A DNA stretch of 64,000 bases from Basidiobolus meristosporus CBS 931.73 (GCA_002104905.1 MCFE01000160.1:85450-149449), one strand, 5' to 3'. Counted from the stretch's first letter, positions 24,947-37,908 are shown. The notes: generated by a model not told the origin, from the sequence alone. Made by a program: numbers and translations.

Positions 24947-25537
24947 TTACTTCCTCCACTCGAAGTGATTTTCGGCCTGCTTCTGCACCGATGCTTCCCT
25001 TCGTTTCATTAGGATCGCCTCGACAATTTCTGGATGCTGTTGGATCAAAGTACAGCAGCAACAGCAGCGATGATTGGACCTCAAAGACCCGTCGTCCAAC
25101 AAACAATTACCGTTCTTTCGCTCGAGTGGAAACCCATTATATTGCAGACTTCTGCTCAGTTTCCGGGTGGCCGCTTCAACAGAGTCGCCCCTTCTCCTCA
25201 CAGGATACCTATCTACACTTTCATCTTGATGCGAGCTGAATCCTGATTCATCCGATTCGTCCCAGGAGGCATACCTCTCCCTCTCATAGCACCTATAGTC
25301 TTGCGGAGGAGCGTAGCCACGTGTTTGACGCCTACTCTTGGAGTATCGCCGGCTGCCCCTCCTTTCAGGACCTAGGCGATGGTGGAAGCTACGCTCATGA
25401 TCTCCCCAATCATTAGTAGTATCAAAATCGGCATCATACCATTTATACCGTTTTCTGTAGTAACGTTGCTTAAGATGAGTATCAGTGGGTTTATTCAAAA
25501 ACTGGGGTGTATGGGGGTCGTCCGAGAGGTATGACAT
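24947..25537 (-). CDS. Hypothetical protein (R/D/S-rich, Cys run near C-terminus)
   Basis: 196-aa ORF with protein-like composition; no family recognised; the 3' end could be spliced. Confidence 0.5.
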   Translation of the reverse strand: MSYLSDDPHTPQFLNKPTDTHLKQRYYRKRYKWYDADFDTTNDWGDHERSFHHRLGPERRGSRRYSKSRRQTRGYAPPQDYRCYERERYASWDESDESGFSSHQDESVDRYPVRRRGDSVEAATRKLSRSLQYNGFPLERKNGNCLLDDGSLRSNHRCCCCCTLIQQHPEIVEAILMKRREASVQKQAENHFEWRK

Positions 25538-26024
25538 TTTCAGGCTAAGAATAAAGGGCTAGGTGCTAAGGTGAAATGACTTGGAGAAGGAGCAAACCTC
25601 TCTTATCAATGAGATGGGCTTGCGTTTATACTAGTACTTACCTGACGGTGATGGATCACGTGACATGCCAAGCCACTGAGCCTCCGGTTGCATTAGAATT
25701 ACGCATTAGATCATACAACCGAAATGTCTTACATGCCCAACACAGTTTCAACCCAAGAGGGGATCTCACTGGATATTCTCCGAGCTTAAAACCATTGCAA
25801 AGCCAGCATGCGTACGTACAGTACATGGTACACACTCCAGTCCAGTGATTGTATATATGGTGCAGCGCATGATTTGATGAATCGGTTACAGGGGATAGGG
25901 TGACTGGTTATATAGATGCGAGCATTCTTTATTGCTGGTGGGTTTTGAACCTTTACTTGACAGAAAGGCATTAACAAAATGGATAGTTTTACTTATTATT
26001 CTCCAGGAAATGTATTTTCTACGA

Positions 26025-28084
26025 CTAACGGAACTTCAGGTTATGGACCTTACGGTTGCAGTCGGTGGGGTACTTGAGCTTGTCTCCCCAAAGATTTAAA
26101 GTCCAAAGAGTCACCCCGTTGGTCCATCCAAAACCGTCTTGCACCTCATACTCTCCACCTCCACCAGCCACACCCAATCTGGTGACATCGAACTTCTCGA
26201 ACATGTGCCCAGTGTCATTGTTGCCAGGAATGGGCTCCAGCAGTCCTGGGATAGAGCCTCCGGTCATTCTCCAGCCACAGTACGCTGCATCAACCATACG
26301 TTGGGCCAAGGTCAGCCCTAGCTTGTCAAGTCTCTGTTTGGTGTTTGTGTCCTTGATATGGTTGTTGACGGAGATCACCGACTTCATTAGAACGTACTGA
26401 AGTGGCGGCCATGCGTTGGGGAAATCCCATTGCAGGGTAGAATTGATCTCAGTGGTTGGAATGCCAGCGACAAATTTGTTCGCGAACTGCTCCACGATGG
26501 AGAAGGTCTTCATCACCTTGTTGGGTCGGGTGATGAAACCGTTAGGGAAAATCTCCGCCCAGAATGGCCAGTAATTGGAGGGAGTGAACAGCTTTTGGAC
26601 CGACCCGCTGGTCGCATTGAAATCGTAGTAATGAAGATCCTGCTCGTCCCAGAGAAGCTTGAGGATGTTGCTCTTTCGAGTATTGGCCACCTTGTTGTAG
26701 TATTGGATTTTGTCCCCGGTCTGGTTCGCCTGGACAGTCTGATGGAACTCTGCCAACGTTTTTTCGTTCATGTACAGAATCGCATTGAGGTCTGTGGGTA
26801 CCACTTGGCGAGTATTCAGGGTACGCAAAATGGCCGGGCCTGACTCATTCTTGGTGGGATACACCTTGAGCCATCTAACACTATAATCCCATCCTAAGCG
26901 CCTCAGGTTAGCTACATCATCACGAAACCCCCATGCGCGTCAAACACTTACCACTTTCAGCGCCGGTGGCGAGATCAGCATAGAGTCCTTTCTTCCCTTC
27001 CTCGTCAAGGGTCGACCCCTCCACGGTGACATAGTCCTCCATGTAGGATTCTGGGCGAGGCTGATCGTTTATGGTGTTGTAGTGGCTCAGCTTGTATTTT
27101 TTCCCGTGGTCAATCTCTATTGTGTGGTTTTTGACCCAGAAATCGTATTCTTTGTCGAGGGTGGGCAGAGCACGACGAAGTAGGTCCATGTCTTTCGTCT
27201 TCTCGTAGTAGATCTTGACCATCTGGGTCAACATGGGAGGTTGAGAACGATTAAGGTAGTATATGCGGGCACCATTTGCTAAGGGGGAAGTTAGCAAGGG
27301 CGATCCATATTGAGGGGGAACCACAAACACTTACGCATAAAGCCGTATTTGTCCACTAGATCAAGGAAATTCTCAATCATGTTCTTGGCGGTACCTGGAA
27401 GCTCACTGAGCAGCAAACCTTCGATCACGAAGTAGGTATCCCTAATGAAAGGATTAACCACGAGTGCAATGCAGCAACGATCCGGATCTCAAACCACCCA
27501 CCAGTAATAGATTTCTCTAAAGCGTCCACCAGGTATGACGAATGGTCGCTTGATATCCAGCAAAGAGGTGACACACCCTGCACATAAGAAGGACTCATCC
27601 ATACGTCTTGTCAGCTTCTTCCAGTAGCTGTGCACAACCTGGGCCCAGCCACGGAGAATCTCATCCTTGATGTTATTCAGAAACTCCGGCTGGTCTTTGT
27701 ACTCTGGCAAATCGGCAGGCACCAGCTCCTTGCCGGCCTCAAGAAAATTCTCCTTGACAAACTGTGCTATAGTGTCGTTGTTTGCGGTGGCCGAGAGGGT
27801 GTTGAACGCGGCCAAGACCTGGTCAAGGGGCTTGGATGTAGGCTAGAGGCAGATTGGGGTTAGAATCGAAGACATCACCCAACACAGGGCCGCCGGGTAT
27901 TTACCTGGTCGACGAAAGTTTTGGAGTCTGGATAGAGCTTGGCTTTTTGGATTCGGTCTAGCAGAGGGCCTGGGCAGTATATAGGTGAATCACAACCTAC
28001 AGCATTGGTTGATAGGATTTCCGACGAGAACAACAAAGCAGCAGTAAGCCACTTGACTGACAAGAAGTGTTGAAGTACTGGCAT
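26025..28084 (-). CDS. GH37 alpha,alpha-trehalase with signal peptide (multi-exon)
   Basis: DSKTFVD, PGGRFREIYYWD, YYLNRSQPP, PRPESY.ED, GAESG, WDFPNAWPPLQ and GGGGEYEVQDGFGWTNG motifs across GT-AG introns. Confidence 0.93.
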
Positions 28085-30055
28085 GGTGAGAATAGAACAG
28101 GGATCACTTGGTATCTCGGATTAACCAAAGGAAACACCAAGCTAATAATTGATGAACGACGGACTACTGCCGCATCTGGTCGCACCTCCGTTATTTATAA
28201 GCAGGAGCCCGCTGCGCTGTCATGTTTTTCTGTCCCTAATGGATTCAAACCTAAAAACATGCTGCTCAGGCAACGTTGTGATGTCCCTTGTATTCTATTA
28301 TTCAGATCCAAATATTAACCGATACAATGGTTGCTCTGCTGATCAAAATGAATCGCGTTGGAAGGTTCGATTTAATTATGACATCGACATTGATCTCGAC
28401 AAGTTGCGCGGATGCATAATAGCAAGTTAGGCCATCGGTGCCCACACCCAAACCACATATGACAACTTACAACGGCAGTGATTCGAGTACGCTGTCCCGA
28501 GTATCCAGCCCAAGGCCATCCAGTTTGGAACTTGCCACCGCACTGAGCAAACGGGAGAATGTCGTACTGGGCATGTTGTACTCGCTGTCATATTACGCCT
28601 AAGCTGACAAATGGTCAGGAATCCCATCCATGCATCAGGCCTTTAGCCTTCTCTCATTGACGCAATTTTAAATGAATAGTCCACAGGGCCAATGTTGAGG
28701 CTATGGCAGCATCATACTAAGTACGTCAAATGAACACGAAGTATTCATCGCTTGTTTCACCCGATTAGCATGATATCATCCAGTAGTTTGATCTTATCTC
28801 AGATGCTGGTAATTGGATGCCTTGACAGATATAGAAACCCTGATGTAACCAGACACAGCAATACATTCTCAGGGTTGGGATTAATTTAATGGAATGCAAA
28901 CGATGTTCCAGAGGAACTGACTGTCCAAGAGGTTGCATAAACCTGGTTCTGAATTTGGCAGACACTGAGAGCCAGGGGCGCCAAGAGCCCCGAGGCCAAT
29001 AGTCGCGGGCGGCTTCCTCCTGGTCCCACCAAGCTTTGTACAGAAACATGAGCAATGATCGAGCCCGGAAGCGCTCGCCTGGGTGGTTGGCGAACCAGAC
29101 GGCTTGATTCACCGTTAAAGTTCTGCCAGGTACGCCCAATAAACACCGCACAGGGCTGTTTACTATTGCCCTCTGGGCTCTTAGAAGCAGACACAGGCTT
29201 TCCCACAGCCCTGATTGGTGGGCTATTAATTTGACCAGGACGTGAAACCTTGCTGCCCACTCAACTAATGCAACTAATTTGGATAGAAAATCTCCCAGAG
29301 TAACACCTAAGCATTTACCAAATCCATCTGCAGATTGTGGGGAAGGTATACAAACCCGGCAGTGCTGCTGTAGGTCTTTAATTAGGATCGTATTCGACTG
29401 GTGTGCATCCGCTCCTGGATGTAATGCTGCTCGAGGGATTCGAGAAGCCATGCAGATGTATAACGGTAGGTGGCGAACGGCCACTCTACTGGAATGATTG
29501 GCTTGCGGAAATGGCGATGCCTGTGGATGTGGGGACCCTGCATCGACCAAGGCAGTACGGACTACACCTTAGCCAGAGCCTAATATACAACATCCCCGCG
29601 CTTCAATTGGTGGAGAAGCCAACCTGGATGTGTTGCCGTGTTTTTTTGGTTTGTGGGGATCTAATTGGCTGGTAGGTGACCAGCGCTCTTCGGGTTAGCT
29701 CAGGTTGGTATGCTCTGATGGGTCACCTGGATTGTCGCAGATATACCGTTAATGCTAGCATTCGAGTGGTTTCAAGAGTCACTATGAATAGACGTTCCAA
29801 GGCTTCGAATCTGGCAAGAATATCCACCCGATGCTAATTGGATCACTCGCCACGCCTGCTGCCACTGTGGGCTGCTTTGCTCAAACCGCAGATCTAGCGA
29901 GATGTCCGGCGATTTCGAAGATCAGCGAGAGTTTGGGAAATATGCTTTATTTAGGGACCTCGAGTGTGTGAACGGTTCGTAATGGGAATGTGTGCGAGTT
30001 AACCAGACAATTAGTAACAGTGCAACCGAGTCGTGGCTTGGATGCTTCCAAAAAT

Positions 30056-31225
30056 CTATGCGTGTGCATTGAAGGAGCCCATCGTCAGATGAGGAAATTG
30101 TTCAATGACGGTCTGTAAGAAATGCTCTTTTTCTTTGGACGATTCTTCGCCGAAAGCTGCCGATATTGACGAGGCACACTTGTCGTCCAGTTCCAGATTT
30201 ACCTGCTTCATACTGAGTAGAAGTTCTAAGGCTGGTTGGCTGAAACCGTTCTCGATCAACGCCACCATGTAAGCTGTGTATGTTTCTGAATCAAACTGGA
30301 AGCTTGCAATATGCAACTTCCGCCAGACAGCCTGGGCACGTGCAAGTGCCCCGTACCGACCACAGATTTGGAAGATTGTTTTAACTAGAGGACCGTCAAT
30401 GGTGATGTTTGACACCAAGATTCCATCCCACAAACGGAACACCATATTGAGATCCCCGATTTGGCCGTAGGCACGTAACAACGCTTGGTAAAGCTCATAA
30501 TCCGGCTCAACATGTACATCTACTCGAAGCAGGTTGTAGATACCACTGATACCGGATGAATTATTTCGTTTAGCGTATCCGTTGATCATCGAAATATATG
30601 TGCGCACGTCTGCATTAAACCCACACTTGTACATCTCGTCAAAAACACGTTTAGCGTTGATCATATCCCCCACGTTGGTGTACGCATCAACTATACCGGC
30701 ATACGTCTCCACCCGTATATTCTGTCCAGAGTCTTTTAAATGGTAGTACGCCATGACAGCCCCGTCAATATCATTCTGCCCAGCAAGGGCCTGAATCAAA
30801 GAAACATAAAGCGGTTGGCTCACAACCACCTTATGCTTAGTCAGTTTATGGAACAGTTGGACAGCAAGCTTGATTTGCTTCCGAGATATAAGCTCCGATA
30901 CAACCAACTCCGATAAAGTAGGGTCCCCGGTTTGCACTGTAGAGTCGACCACTTTCTCCAGCAACTGTGGAGTGATTTCGTCTATCGATAGAGAGGTTAA
31001 CTGCTTGGCCACCTCGGCAAAATTCTGCTCTTCTATAAGTCGCGGAATCAACAAAGCCTGCGGTTTCGTAGTTGTGTTCGCATCGGAGTGTCCAAGAAGA
31101 AGTGAGCTTGAATGGAATTCATTGCTGAAACGCCGAAACGGGAGGAAACAGCTTTTTATACAGTTGGATCGATATGAATGAGCGATATGGGTGGCGGCAA
31201 GATACTTACATCTGCCTCCTGTCAA
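30056..31225 (-). CDS. Pentatricopeptide-repeat (PPR) protein, probably mitochondrial
   Basis: Tandem repeats of about 35 aa such as TYAGIVDAYTNVGDMINAKRVFDEM and TYISMINGYAK. Confidence 0.85.
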   Translation of the reverse strand: MTGGRCKYLAATHIAHSYRSNCIKSCFLPFRRFSNEFHSSSLLLGHSDANTTTKPQALLIPRLIEEQNFAEVAKQLTSLSIDEITPQLLEKVVDSTVQTGDPTLSELVVSELISRKQIKLAVQLFHKLTKHKVVVSQPLYVSLIQALAGQNDIDGAVMAYYHLKDSGQNIRVETYAGIVDAYTNVGDMINAKRVFDEMYKCGFNADVRTYISMINGYAKRNNSSGISGIYNLLRVDVHVEPDYELYQALLRAYGQIGDLNMVFRLWDGILVSNITIDGPLVKTIFQICGRYGALARAQAVWRKLHIASFQFDSETYTAYMVALIENGFSQPALELLLSMKQVNLELDDKCASSISAAFGEESSKEKEHFLQTVIEQFPHLTMGSFNAHA

Positions 31226-32173
31226 TAGGGATAAATATCCTTAGTATGGTGTGCTCGAAACCTCATGATTTTTTGGCTCTTCATTCAATAGAATGTTTAC
31301 CTCCCAGAAATCTTGTCAGGTTTTTGTAAATTACAGGGCGCATTGTTCAGAAAGCCGAAGAAGCTCAGCTGTAAAAGAAATTTTCTTGACTGTGTAAATG
31401 CTCACCGAATCGGAATATTGATGCCATTCAGACCTGTGAACTATTTTATTGGTAAGATCGATTGGTTCGTGTGGAGGGTTTCCTTACGCTTAATTAACCA
31501 TCACAGTGGGTAAGTTTATGTGTAACTCCTTGCTTATCCGAATCCTGGTTAAACTTAGTCACATGCCTCCAATGCATATTACCACCATTCCAAGAAAAAG
31601 CTAAGGCTACTTTAGCCTAATTGGTGTTATTGGTGCTTGAGAACTACACGGGTACCTGCTGGAACACAAGATAAATGCTTATGATGTTCATATCTCCTGA
31701 TGATTCTTTTAGATTCACTGATAGCTAAACTCCATATTAACTGATGTTTATCAATCTATCGTGCTTATGTATAACTCAATGCTTGTTCAGTCATTGAGCC
31801 ATATTACGTGGATTAATCAAGTCCCACTTCATTGATGATCCGCGAGCATTATCTTCTAGATGCTAGTGCGACAGAGTCAATGTGAGTCAAACTCTACATG
31901 TTTTGCTCAAGTCTGTAGATATATCAAAGGCATAAAATCCAATCAAATCCAATCTGCGACTCAAGTGTAGTCTTATCTCATCTTCGAGGAAATTGATTGG
32001 TCAGCGGCGGGAATTGCAGTCAACCATCTTCGCACTCGCTGAGGCCGGTATAAATACGACTCATCAATGTGCCAATCTTTACCCAACCGCAACAATCCAT
32101 TTCGTCTTGGTACTTCGTACCCTAACCGCCTTTGCGTCGCACGGCTTGCATTATCCCCTGTTCTCCCATCACA

Positions 32174-33765
32174 ATGTCCATCGATCAACTCATAAGGAAT
32201 TCTGAAGAGAAGCCTTGGCTGGTTTTAAAGTTTGGCGGAACTAGCATTGGTAAATTTCTGGAATCAATTACCTCCACTATCGTACGCCAGGCACTCAAAA
32301 CCCACAGAGTAATCATTGTTTGCTCCGCACGTAGCGGTAATACCAAATCTGCCGGCACTACCAGCCAACTGATCTCAGCTGCAGAGAGCGTGCTTCATCC
32401 CAAGTCTGCCAATCACCTACAGATTCTCAACAATCTTATGGAGGATCATCTGATTCATGCGCGGGAGTCTATCTTCAACACCTCTATTCTTGAGAAGCTG
32501 GAGAAGGATATCACCCAAGAATGTCTGAAGCTTCAAGGATTCCTTGATGCACTTCAAGTAATCGGGGAGGTTTCAACGAAGTCCAAAGATCTGATTATTG
32601 GGCTGGGTGAAAAGCTCGCTTCCCTGCTTGTTGTTGCTTCTCTGGAAGACTGCTCTATCTCTTCGCAATTGGTGTGCCTTGACAAGATTATCGACAAGCA
32701 CTTCGACGAGGCCAACCTGAATGAAGGGTTCTATGACTATCTCTCTTTAAAGTTCTCCGAGAAGATACATGCCTGTGATGGTTCCATCCCGGTTGTGACT
32801 GGCTATTTTGGCCCAGTACCCGGAGGAATTTTGCAAAGTATTGGTCGAGGCTATACAGATTTGACTGCGGCCTTGTGTGCTGTTGGTATTCGCGCAGAGG
32901 AGCTTCAGATTTGGAAAGAAGTCGACGGGATATTTACAGCGGACCCCCGCAAAGTTCCCAACGCACGACTTCTGAAAATCATTACTCCAGATGAAGCTGC
33001 TGAACTCACCTACTACGGCTCTGAAGTCATTCACCCCTTTACCATGGACCAAGTGATTCATGCAAAAATCCCCATTCGCATCAAAAATGTCCAGAGCCCA
33101 GACGGCCTGGGTACCATGATCTTCCCGGACAGTAACCAGAAGGGGGATTACTCCCCTCACTCACCACAGGTGTTGCTAGCCAATGGATATCTCCCTGACC
33201 TTTCTCGGAGACACCCTACTGCGGTGACCATCAAAGAGGACATATTCGTACTGAATGTACACTCGAATCGCAAGTCGGTATCTCATGGCTTTTTTGCGAA
33301 GATCTTCTCTATCCTGGACAGCTACGGCATCCCCGTCGATGTGATTGCTACTAGCGAAGTCCATGTGTCTATGGCACTTGGAACAAGCACCTGCGAGCTT
33401 CATTTGAACAGCGCTGTCAAGGAGCTTTCACAGTTCGGGACAGTGGATATCTTAAGAAACATGGCTATTCTCAGCCTCGTTGGAAAGCAGATGAGAAACA
33501 TGGTTGGAATTGCCGGAGCAATGTTTACCAGCCTTGCTAAAGCAAATATCCTTTTTATTCATTATCTGCGGCTCGACCAACCAATCATTCCATTAATACT
33601 TTAACTCGCTCTTTACATATTAACATTGAAATGATTTCCCAGGGAGCATCCGAAATCAACATCTCCTGTATTCTCTCAAGGAAACACGCAGACAACGCAC
33701 TTCGAGTAGTTCACGACAGTTTGTTGGCGAATGTCGATTACAGTGAGTTGCACGGGAGTATTTAA
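32174..33765 (+). CDS. HOM3: Aspartate kinase; last exon 33617-33765 follows an AT-AC intron
   Basis: KFGGTS, GRGYTDL, WKEVDGIFTADPRKVP, ELTYYGSEVIHP and ACT domains; splicing restores ANINIEMISQGASEINISC. Confidence 0.95.
33546..33616 (+). other. U12-type (minor spliceosome) AT-AC intron, 71 bp
   Basis: 5' ATATCCTTT, branch ACTTTAAC 11 nt before the terminal AC; removal gives the conserved aspartate kinase sequence in frame. Confidence 0.92.
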
Positions 33766-34396
33766 TTAAGCTTCATTTCTTTTTCTTTCAATTACTGGAC
33801 ACTACGGACAATATTTCAATACCATTCATTAGATGTATAGATTATGGACAATTATCAGCTTATCAATGCTCTTACTGGACAATTTTCCCTTCCCTTTCAC
33901 GTATTTTCTACGCCAATTATTGATCATTTTTATTCGCGAACTTTCGTCAGTACTGCCATCTCATCTCTTTCACCCATACACCCTACACTTCGCACTTCCG
34001 CTATTTCACCGTCGGTTCACCGACGGACCACGTTCTAATTGAAAAAAACGGGCTGTACTGCACCACCCTCGAGAGGCATCGAGATTGTACAGAGCCTAAA
34101 TACTGCATGAAGATCAATCAGCGGGTTGATCCATCACCATGCCATAACCAGAATTCTATGGACATATTGTCTGGTAAAATCCAAGGGAATAAAAGTATCC
34201 ATTGGGAACCACACGTCGCGCCTCTCTGTCGCATCTGGATCGGATAAATCCTCAGAATCGAGGAAAATCTTGATTGTCTAAGCATCACACGAATCATCTG
34301 CTTCATTTCAGATTTTCTGATGAAGCAAATTCCCCAGTGCGGACACAAAACTGGCGAGCTCTCCAAGTGGATGCGAGTCTAAACACCCTCTTTGCC

Positions 34397-34779
34397 ATGG
34401 AACACACAGGAGGCGGTGATTACTACGGTAAACAGCCACATTTTCAGCACCACGGGCGCGGAAGGGGTAGGGGAAGAGGTCGCGGTGGAAAAGGTAACTG
34501 GAGAGGCCGTGGACGAGGCCAACACCACGGACATGGGAACTTCCGAGGACATACGAACCCCAACTCAGGAGAATATCCAGTAGCCCCTAAAGTAAGGAAA
34601 CCTTCGGATCCTCCCTCAGGCCTATTCTCATAAGGCGCAGATGTACTAATTCCGCGATTGACTAGAAGCAACGCACTGATCACCCTCCTTTCAATCCAAG
34701 CACCGATGATATCTCAGTTTATTACAAGAAAAGCTTTCTACTGGATCCTTGGTCTCATTTGGACAACCCTGCCCATTGA
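34397..34779 (+). CDS. Small RG-rich protein with MPLKIP/TTDN1-like C-terminal motif (102 aa; intron 34592-34665)
   Basis: Exon 1 carries GRGRGRGRG repeats; exon 2 reads KQRTDHPPFNPSTDDISVYYKKSFLLDPWSHL, resembling the Y.K.S.LEDPW..L motif of MPLKIP. Confidence 0.6.
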
Positions 34780-37700
34780 AGTTCTGGGTGGTATAGGTTG
34801 TTCGCGCGTTCCACGCTGCAGACGATCTCTCTTGAACGAGCTATATGATGAACGAAAAGTCCTCATTCAAATCCCCCCGAGATTGGGTGAGTTCTGGATT
34901 GCCCTTATTCCTGGGGGGGGGGAAATCAAATAAAGACATCTATGTAAATAAGTATCGCGTGGCCGATCCTGCTTAGGTAAAGTGTTTTTATTGCGTCAAG
35001 GAACCGATAGAACATTAGGCACCTCTTTGAGGGATGGCAAATCGATGGCGTGGTGTATGCAGCTACACCCAATTCGGCCCCAGGTGGCTATCTACTAGCG
35101 AGGGAGATCTCAACATAAGATAGCGTCGCTGAAGGGTAACCACATGTATGTTGCTCAGTGCACATGAAGTTGACTGGCCTGTTCCTGGGAGAGAGTAGCA
35201 CCTGCCACATCATAGGCACAGTCATCCTATTCCTGAATTTCATAAACCAGTATGGCGGGAGAGCTAGCAGATATAGGGATATGTAGCGCTTTGATAGAGG
35301 ATGTCGACCATGGAGTGGATACTCGCGATCTGGGCTTATAGACTGGGAGAAGATAGAGTAGCGAAGTGAACACCATTTGTGGCTCCTCAGATGGGCACCA
35401 ATGCACCATGCCAATGAGGATATGCACTTCCTGCTCTCCACCATTGGCTATAACGGTTGATTGCCCTGCCCACGACCCCTTTACCCATTACTCATTACCC
35501 ACATCCAACCCATCGTGACAAGGGTGGCTTATCTGCAGTGAGACATCAGGAAGATCCAGTTGAGGTGGAGATTCCCCTTTTCGTTCATTAGTCAATCAAC
35601 CCCTTGGGTGAAGGCGGAGTCATCTCAGATATAACAAATAACATTTAATGAATAGGCATCGCATGGACTACTTGAATGGCAGCAGGCTTGAGGGCCACAC
35701 CCCAATTACCCAGGTTTCAATGCGGACATACCACAGCTACGGTTTTAAAACGCAAGGGTTGTTAGGGGTTGTAGAACAACCTATATTACATGTTCGATTT
35801 GATTTGGTCAGGCTGGAGATCAACTCCAGAATCGAGAGATGAAGTATCCATGTGCGGATCATTCGCTGTGACTAATTGAGCGGGCTATCGGATGCATCCC
35901 AGGTAGGATGTTGGTGGTGGCTGGGTGTGGGTTGTATTGTATGCTGTTGATTGTGTCCATCGGCTTTCCGTATGGTATTACCGGCACTTTCGTGAGTCGA
36001 AATGGTGGTCCGTTGGCACATTGTCACAAGCCGACAGTGTGGAGAGCCCATCAAGCGCTCATTGAAGTTTGAGCATCGTGCTGGAATCAAGTAACTGAAA
36101 CGTCTCCAAAGGGGTGCCCGGATGCAGAACGAGGCCCCTTAACTGACTCATCATTGCCAGATCCGGCCCCGGTTGGGCTGGGCGGCCTTCAGACCAGGTA
36201 GAGGCAGGAAACATGGTGAAAGGAAGACACATACATGCACGTATGTCAAGAGAGGATTTTGAATTCACTACTTGGAGTCGAAGTGCGCCATTCCAGGGAT
36301 TCCGTGGTCTTGATCTTGCTCCAGGATACCGGGGATTGAGCATCTCCTAGGTTCTTCCATTTCAGGCCATTCGGTGCGATGAATATGACACTTCATGTGA
36401 TGTCGAGAATAGGAGTAGTGATGGGCATTCCCAAAGCATCCAGTATACACATAGGCAGGAATGATTTCTCGTCCCGGATGGAACCAGTATTTTGCATTCA
36501 GAACCAAGGGGAACCATTTAAATCATTTCGTTTGCGCAACGACGATAAATGAATTCGTCAACATTCGCATGACAAATTTAGCAGGATTCAGTTAAAAATA
36601 CTCCATCCTTCGGTCATCTATCGGACTGCCTTTTCACCAACTTATATTAGATAATCTCCATCATCCGTCGATATCTATGACATAGCTGCAGTGTGCCAAG
36701 GATGGCCGGCGCAGCAAATTGACTCCGGAAAATGATGGTTATACCAATGGTTCTCAATAATAGCAATGAGGCATCAATTAATTGGCGCTGGAGTTCATCC
36801 CATAGACAGCGGCAGCCCAATTATGAGTCGCCCCATTATGGGCTGCAGATCGAGGCAACCGTCGGTGGCAAGACACGGGATGAGAGTGAATTGTGTGCGC
36901 TACTTGTATCCAAAGCCGTGCACCGAGCCTGGAGGGAGAAAGCCGTTGTCATGGAGAAGGGTCGATCTGTCGTGATGATGGCATCGGTGCGATACGAAAG
37001 TGACCATCTCCGGGATGGTGGACCCCAGCAGCCAGATATCTATTGTGGCATTCCTACGTGATGGGCAGCAGACGATGGGTAAAAACAACCTAAATTGAAA
37101 ATGACGCAGATGTAAACTCATCCCATGGCCCAAATCGGGAATTATTGATTCCACCCTCAGTCTCAGAAGAATCTGACAACCATACCAAGGCATTCTTGAA
37201 GGACAGCATTGTGCCACGATGAAGTCAAACTTTCTCACTAACTCGGAGGGAAAAGGGGCGATTGAGTCAGGTTAACCAAGTCTAGGATTGAGCTGGTTTG
37301 AGCATGACTGGAGCAATGCTGGCTAGCTGGAAGCTATCAAGAGTCTGAACTCAGTCTCAGTTCTCGGTGTCTGACCCGCCTCTAATCGATATGGAGCGGT
37401 TGCAATTCAGGGGACGTTGCTATCCGACTCACCTGATCTACAACAATGGCTCTGAATGGCTTGGGAATTCAAATGCCGCAATCAATGAAATATATGCTTG
37501 CTCGCAGCATAATGGCATAAATGAATTGCATGCATCGCTTGCCGATGCTACCAGTGATCATGAAGCTTCCACCTCACGCTGCGTGATCAGGCCCAGTTAG
37601 CCTTTTTAATCTGTTTGTAATAGAGGTGAGCAATAGTGATTTCTTGATAGAGGGCGGATGGGATAAGCCAACTTCATGCCATATCTACTGACTGGCAGCG

Positions 37701-37860
37701 ATTATTAAACTGAGACATGTGACCGACGAATCAGGCGATGGAAAACCTGAGATGTTGCAAGGACTTGTGCTCCGGAATTGGCTCCAGAGATCAGAGTGAA
37801 CGTATCACTCCCTCATCTTTTTTTATGGCTCGGCTACCCGCTTGACACTTGGCTAATCAG

Positions 37861-37908
37861 ATTGGTCACTAATTACAGGAATTTCTGGTAGGTTTCTTAT
37901 ATATATAA
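37861..37908 (+). promoter_or_regulatory. Candidate core promoter of the bZIP gene (inverted CCAAT plus TATA)
   Basis: ATTGG at 37861 and TATATATAA at about 37898-37908, some 260 bp upstream of the ATG. Confidence 0.4.

Noticed and set aside
31236-31243. Other ATATCCTT/GTATCCTT matches (here, and at about 52751, 55086 and 57203) as further U12 introns
   Set aside because: They are intergenic or on the non-coding strand, with no matching branch site plus AC/AG that restores a frame.
35780-36500. One minus-strand frame with about nine TGA and no TAA/TAG stops, suggesting selenoprotein or UGA recoding
   Set aside because: The peptide has no redox or known motifs. Several TGAs arise as T|GA across codons of an overlapping open frame, and no SECIS could be identified by eye.
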